This document shows positions 58,979 through 64,000 of a DNA stretch of 64,000 bases, one piece after another. The position numbers and the translations under genes were made by a program. Under the pieces are notes generated by a model. The model did no database searches. It was not told the DNA's origin and saw only the letters and a program-made list of their open reading frames with translations. Origin of the DNA: Amoebophrya sp. A120 (lineage: Eukaryota; Protista; Dinoflagellata); the NCBI GenBank assembly GCA_905178155.1, contig CAJINV010000031.1:68265-132264 (forward strand), in the 5' to 3' direction. Position 1 is the first letter of the stretch. Every line of letters starts with the position of its first letter.

Positions 58979-60434
58979 ATGATGGAATCTGCCAGCACAT
59001 GGTCCTTGTGTTTGGGACTTTTGAAGAACAAGCCGAAAGCGCCCCTTACACACTTCTGCTGGTTGAGCCTCGAGAGCGGCGTTGCCGTGTGGATTGCACT
59101 CTCTCTCGCGTTACGGATTGCAAACATGGAAGGTTGCTGCAGCCTGTGATGCTAATCGTCCTGATAGTGCAGAATAAAATTTGTGTAGCAGGACCGTCAT
59201 GAGAGCCAATAGTCCTACCTCATTTCTTGGTATGCAAAAGGAAAAGGCGGATGTTTTCTCATGCATGCATCAAGATAGGCATTGAGAGGCCTTTGCAAGA
59301 AAACATATAGAAATCATGCTTTCGCGTGCGGAGCAAAAGACTTTTGTGGCTTTGGCTTACCAAGAAAGGATGCATGACAATAAACTAGCGAACTCTTTTC
59401 CTCGACCTACGTTTGCCACTGCATAGGCGTCGTCGACCGCCTATCCTGAGTAAAAACGTACCCACACCAGAGTCGGGATGGGGATTTTGCAACACAAACC
59501 TAGGAGTTTTGTGAGTCACGCATGACAAGTTTCAGTCCGTAAGGTAGTGCAAGTTAGCAAGGAAAGCCGCATCACAAATCGATCTGCTGATCCTGTTTAC
59601 AGCATTACAAGTTCCCAAACACGATTGAAAATGCCTGTCGTGGGGTTGCGCATCACAAATGTTCCTGTCATGGCAAATCTGCATGACAACTCTGGTGTGG
59701 GTACGTTTTTACTCAGGATACCGCCGTCCTGCTGTCCGCCGCTGCTGGGCAGCCCGGCGACCGTGAGCCCGTGTCCTTGATATCGCAAGAAAAAACTGTT
59801 TCACTGTGAACTTGTGATGCACAGAAGGCAACACAGAACTATTTGTCTTGCTACACCTGCAAGACCTCGGCTCTTTAACGGTGTTTTCCCTTTGGAAGCG
59901 CGCATGGCAAACTTTCTGTGTCATGTGTAAAAAACTTGTGATGCAGATCTTGCAAAATCATCATAGTGAAACAGTTTTTTCGCGGGATACTTGAGCTCTG
60001 TGGTTTACTATCCCTCACAGCTTCTCGGATTGGCCTCTCTGCTGCTGGCAGTTTATTCCTTGCGACAAAAACAGCCGGCCCTTCTATACCCGCTGTTCCT
60101 CTTCAGCCTGGTTTCCTTGGGCCAGTTTGTCCTGGCGGCAACACAGCTTCTCCTGCAGATGAGGACAGCAAAAAATTTTGACCCCGTCTGCGCACAGCTT
60201 CTCTCGCCAGAGCTGCGGTTCGAGCCGCAAACCGAGCGAGCCGCGTGTGCAGTGCTGCAGACCATCATCAGCGTGGCTGCTTTGTTCGGTGCCGCAGTGA
60301 GCGCGTACGCAACCTTGGCCATCTACTCGCTGGCCGTAACCATGACGCCGAACGAGATCACCACCACCAAGCCTGGTGGTGGGCACAGCGGAGGACATCA
60401 GATCGGCGCTCTGCTTTCGAGCTGCTGTTCGTAG
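58979..60434 (+). CDS. Small multi-pass membrane protein with 3 introners
   Basis: Reconstruction MMESAS...HFCWLSLESGVAVWIALSLA|SSTA|VLLSAAAG...VSL|SSVVYYPSQLLGLASLLLAVYSL...; several hydrophobic segments. Confidence 0.7.
59112..59425. mobile_element. Diverged introner element (A-related)
   Basis: TACGGATTGCAAAC...GTTTGCCACTGCATA; TSD cgcgt/ggcgt; frame restored. Confidence 0.8.
59442..59720. mobile_element. Introner element family B (young)
   Basis: Perfect 32-bp TIR TATCCTGAGTAAAAACGTACCCACACCAGAGT; TSD ccgcc. Confidence 0.97.
59781..59989. mobile_element. Introner element family D (inverted relative to 9094-9302)
   Basis: TIR present; TSD cttga; same 209-bp length as 9094-9302. Confidence 0.95.
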
Positions 60435-61262
60435 TTGTGTAGGAACTCGAAATTACTTCCACGTCTTGTTCCGATGTTCGAGAAGATTGATGTAGTTTTT
60501 TGCCATTGTATTGCCCAGCAGTGCCATGAGCAACTGCACTTTTATTCATTGGTGAAGTAACGAAAATTTCAAATCGTCACCCTCTGTTGTTGTTGAAGAT
60601 GCACGACTATTAGCTCTAGCACAGAGATGAAGATGATGAAAACGAACCAGGCTGCAAAACTGTTTGTCGTAAGTACCGTCTTGCGGAGTCTTCCGCTTTA
60701 GAACTCGTCGTGTAACTTGTACCTTGATGATTCACTTCTGCTTGGGGATGAGGATCGATCCAACGATGTGGACGCATAAATCAAGTAGAATTCTTGACGC
60801 GTCCACCTTTGATGCCGATGTTGCAATGTGACCTTTGCTGACGAATCCTGCTGTGTCCGATTTGCTACAAGTACGCTGCTTCGACGTCTGACGAAAGCAC
60901 CAGCTACCTCGTGAAGGATTTACGTAGAAAACCATATTCATGTTGCTCTTACTAATGCCCGATTTACCAGCAGATTATTTTTATTTACTAGTAAAATATT
61001 ATCCAGGATGAAAATTCGAATGGTCTATCGGCGAGACTGACAACTGCATCTAATCCTGTTTTCCAAGTGGTCGTGTGTCCTTTCGAAGAGTATTCAATTC
61101 ATAGAAACTCAAATTTTTGCATTTCATATTGCATTTTCTACATCATAAGAATAAAGCTCTTGCCTCTTTCGTGTGCGACTTAGATTTTCGCTGTGTAGAA
61201 TTGTCTGTAACAAGGTTCTGAAAAGTCAAATTTGTGTTAGTGTTTTCTTCGCGCTCCTCGAA

Positions 61263-63419
61263 GATGCGACTGCAGCCTGTTTTATTGACAACGAGAACCA
61301 CGACGCCGCGACGCGGGCGTGAGGGAAGGAAGCAAGCGGCGATGCTGGGCCTCTGGAAAAATGTATGCGCGCGTCTTTTCCTCCTCTGCTTAGGTGTCAC
61401 ACTGGACGCAGGCGAGAGGGGATCTTGCGTGGGCGCTTCTCGGGTCGTATTTCCGTTGCTTGCTGGAGCATCTGCATCCAACTCTGCGGAATACGAGCAG
61501 GTTGCGGAGGACGCGAATTACTTGCAAGACGGCCGGCACCAGGTGGCATCGGGGCCGCACCGTGAGGAAGCAGCAGCGATTCTTTCAGCCCTGGTAGACA
61601 GAAACGGCGTGCACGTGGTGGATAAAGATCCGATTCCAGCCCCCGCTCGTGGCGAGGAGGGCCGCGACTCTGACAAGAACCCGAAGGGTCGTCTCCAACA
61701 TGCTCTCACCGTCCGGACACTCGGCGGCAGACCGCTGCTCCGTGCAGTAGTGGAGGACCAGGAAATGTTTGGAGGAGGTGATGCGGACCACGTGGAAGAG
61801 CATATTGATGTTCGAGTTTCACCCAGAGGCCAGAAAAACGAAAGAGCTTCGATGAGCAATGTAATTGCCGACCGGGACGACTACGGGGACAGGCTCACAA
61901 ATGAAACCAGCTCACGCAACGAGGAAGAGGATCCGTACGCAGGTTCCACAGCAGCCGTTGATGCCCTGAAACGGGAGTGCCTCGCAAAGATCCAGGGCGA
62001 CGACCGCGACGGACGACGAAGTTTGCCTGCAGAGGACCATCAAAGCGGGACAAAAGGAGCGAAAGCCGCATGCTTTGCGATTGCGGATCGGGATGAAAAT
62101 GCCGCCGGCAGCAAGAAGTGCAGCTCGACGACGAGGACGGTAATGCATGAGCCGTCCACATCATCATCCCGCGTTCGCTTAGTAGCAACCAGTGGTCAGG
62201 AGGTGCTGTGCGATCAGGATCTGGGACGAGAGATGTTAAACTCATCTCATCGTCTTTTCGTGTCGCAGTCGCCTACTGTGGAGAGCGCCGAGGACGTCAT
62301 GTCTTCCGCGAAGGAGCTGGAGCTGCTCGCAGTATACGAGCGGCTGCCGTTTCGCTTGGTGCTCCTCGAGACTGCTCACACGTTTGCTTTAGTATCGATC
62401 TGAAGAGGTGCAGCACAGCAGAAGCAGATCCAGATTCGAATAATTCGGAGCTTGGTAGGAATGCATACTCAAGCCTACTTGGCGAGGTAGAACCACCAGG
62501 AGCACGAGACAATCCCCGCATTTCATCGCGCAGACTACCAGACTGCTGTTGGCTTTTTTTTTCTTTTCTTGACTTTCGTATTGTTTAGATTGATCTGCAC
62601 GGGCTGTGCTGCACTTTTATCTCTCTACTCCTTCGACACCACCAGCATAGACAGAGGGACACCAGGATGGTCTTTGACCTTCCGACGCGGCGACCGCCTG
62701 TCGAATTCACCAGTGACCTTGGCTTTGTCCGCAGTAAGCGAGCCTATCGGATTGAGCGGCTGACGTTCTCGCGTCTTCTGCAACATGCGGGTTTTTTCGA
62801 AATGCGGCACCGACTCGAGACAGATTTGGTTGCAAACAGCAGCACTTTTCCGACGGAAGCAACTACGAGTAAGAACGACGAAAGCGTGCCTGGTGCTTGG
62901 AATTTGTCGATTGTACTGCATGTTGTTCAGGGAGGGCCGCAAGGCCAAGGGGACGCACGCGACCGTGAGAATTTCCTGGTCAACGGGCACGAAGGTGGAG
63001 CTGGCGCTGCGGAGGAAGTTCCTGCAGTTTCAACATCGCCAATCGCTCAGGAATCGACGACGACTCGTTTTCCGAGAACCTCAACCACAAAGAGAACCTT
63101 CCATCTCCGTGCGGAGAAAAGGCGCTTTTTCCAGCACGAGCTCTTTGCCTGGAGCTGTTTCCGGGATTTTGTAGCCACCTCGGAAAACGTAAACGAGCAG
63201 GGTGGTAGTTTTCCTGAAAGCCATTCTGGGGGGACGGGGACCGGACCTCAGGAAGTAGAACAAACTTTCGCAGGAGCGGATCTGCCGTTGTCTGCTTCCT
63301 GCTCCGTCGTTTTCACGGATCATGTGGGAAAGAAAATCCAGTTTTCCTTGCGGGCAGTGCTGGATGAAAAGGAGATCCAGTGGCCTCGAAGTTACCCCGA
63401 TCAGTATGATTTGGTATGA
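61263..63419 (+). CDS. Hypothetical protein (ORFs 61234-62403 and 62667-63419, probably exons of one gene)
   Basis: Two long + strand ORFs with a hydrophobic N-terminal segment; no recognised domain; no introners. Confidence 0.45.
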
Positions 63420-63830
63420 TCAATAACGGTCAAAAATGATCTCCGAAAAACCGGCTGTTCTGCAAAAGCACCTGCAACCTTATAGAGATGAGTACTGTGA
63501 GTTCACAACTCCTTATACATAGTACCAATGTCTGACGAAGAAACCCGTAGTAGGGCACATGAGGTACAAAAACATCAGATAATTATCATAGCAGTAGGTC
63601 TCGTTTTCTTCTGAAACTCAAACTTCAACATGAAGGACAAAATTGCAGCAGGAGTCTGCTTTGACTAACCACGGAGATGAAAAAAAGCATGCCCGAACCC
63701 AAGCTTCCCACATACTAATCTACACGGCTCTACTTCTAGAAATGTTCGCCTGCAAGAAATCAAATTAGCCATTATCGTCTGAAAGAACTGCATCTGCGAT
63801 ATCATCTGGTAACCAAATGCGTGCGCGCGC

Positions 63831-63881
63831 GCGCGCAGAGCGCGCGCCGGCCCACGAAGCCGGCGCGCGCGCTCTGCGCGC
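63831..63881. repeat. GC-rich inverted repeat (hairpin)
   Basis: gcgcgcagagcgcgcgccggc-ccacgaa-gccggcgcgcgcgctctgcgcgc. Confidence 0.8.
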
Positions 63882-64000
63882 TTGCGATATTGCTTAGCAA
63901 ACGCAGCGCGAAGGCAGTTGCCGTTACCATATAGGGCAACCGCCGGGAGGCGTGAAGGTCCGGGAAATGGCCAGAAATGAAGCGGGAGAAGGGAAAAAAA

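Noticed and set aside
1-64000. Autonomous transposase, reverse transcriptase, rRNA or tRNA genes
   Set aside because: None was recognised on either strand by eye.

Overview
Eukaryotic genomic DNA, most likely a dinoflagellate-lineage alveolate resembling the parasite Amoebophrya (inferred from a DVNP-like gene, co-oriented genes and non-canonical introns). About 11 protein-coding genes are all on the + strand: a divergent pyruvate carboxylase, a large membrane-anchored UDP-glycosyltransferase fused to a sugar-kinase-like domain, a TSP1/Cys-rich surface protein, an LRR protein, a DVNP-like protein and several unknowns. The dominant feature is 54 short non-coding insertions (111-671 bp, mostly 200-320 bp, about 14 kb or 22% of the window) from at least 10 terminal-inverted-repeat (TIR) families. 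Nearly all end in TA(Y)...(R)TA, most are flanked by a recognisable 5-bp target-site duplication (TSD), and most carry arrays of a shared GCAT[G/C/T]ACAA motif. They lie almost only in coding exons, occur in either orientation and lack GT-AG boundaries. Removing the element plus one TSD copy restores the reading frame, including conserved catalytic motifs. These behave as MITE-like introner elements (non-canonical introns) alongside ordinary GT-AG introns. No transposase is present in the window. Gene models were assembled by hand.
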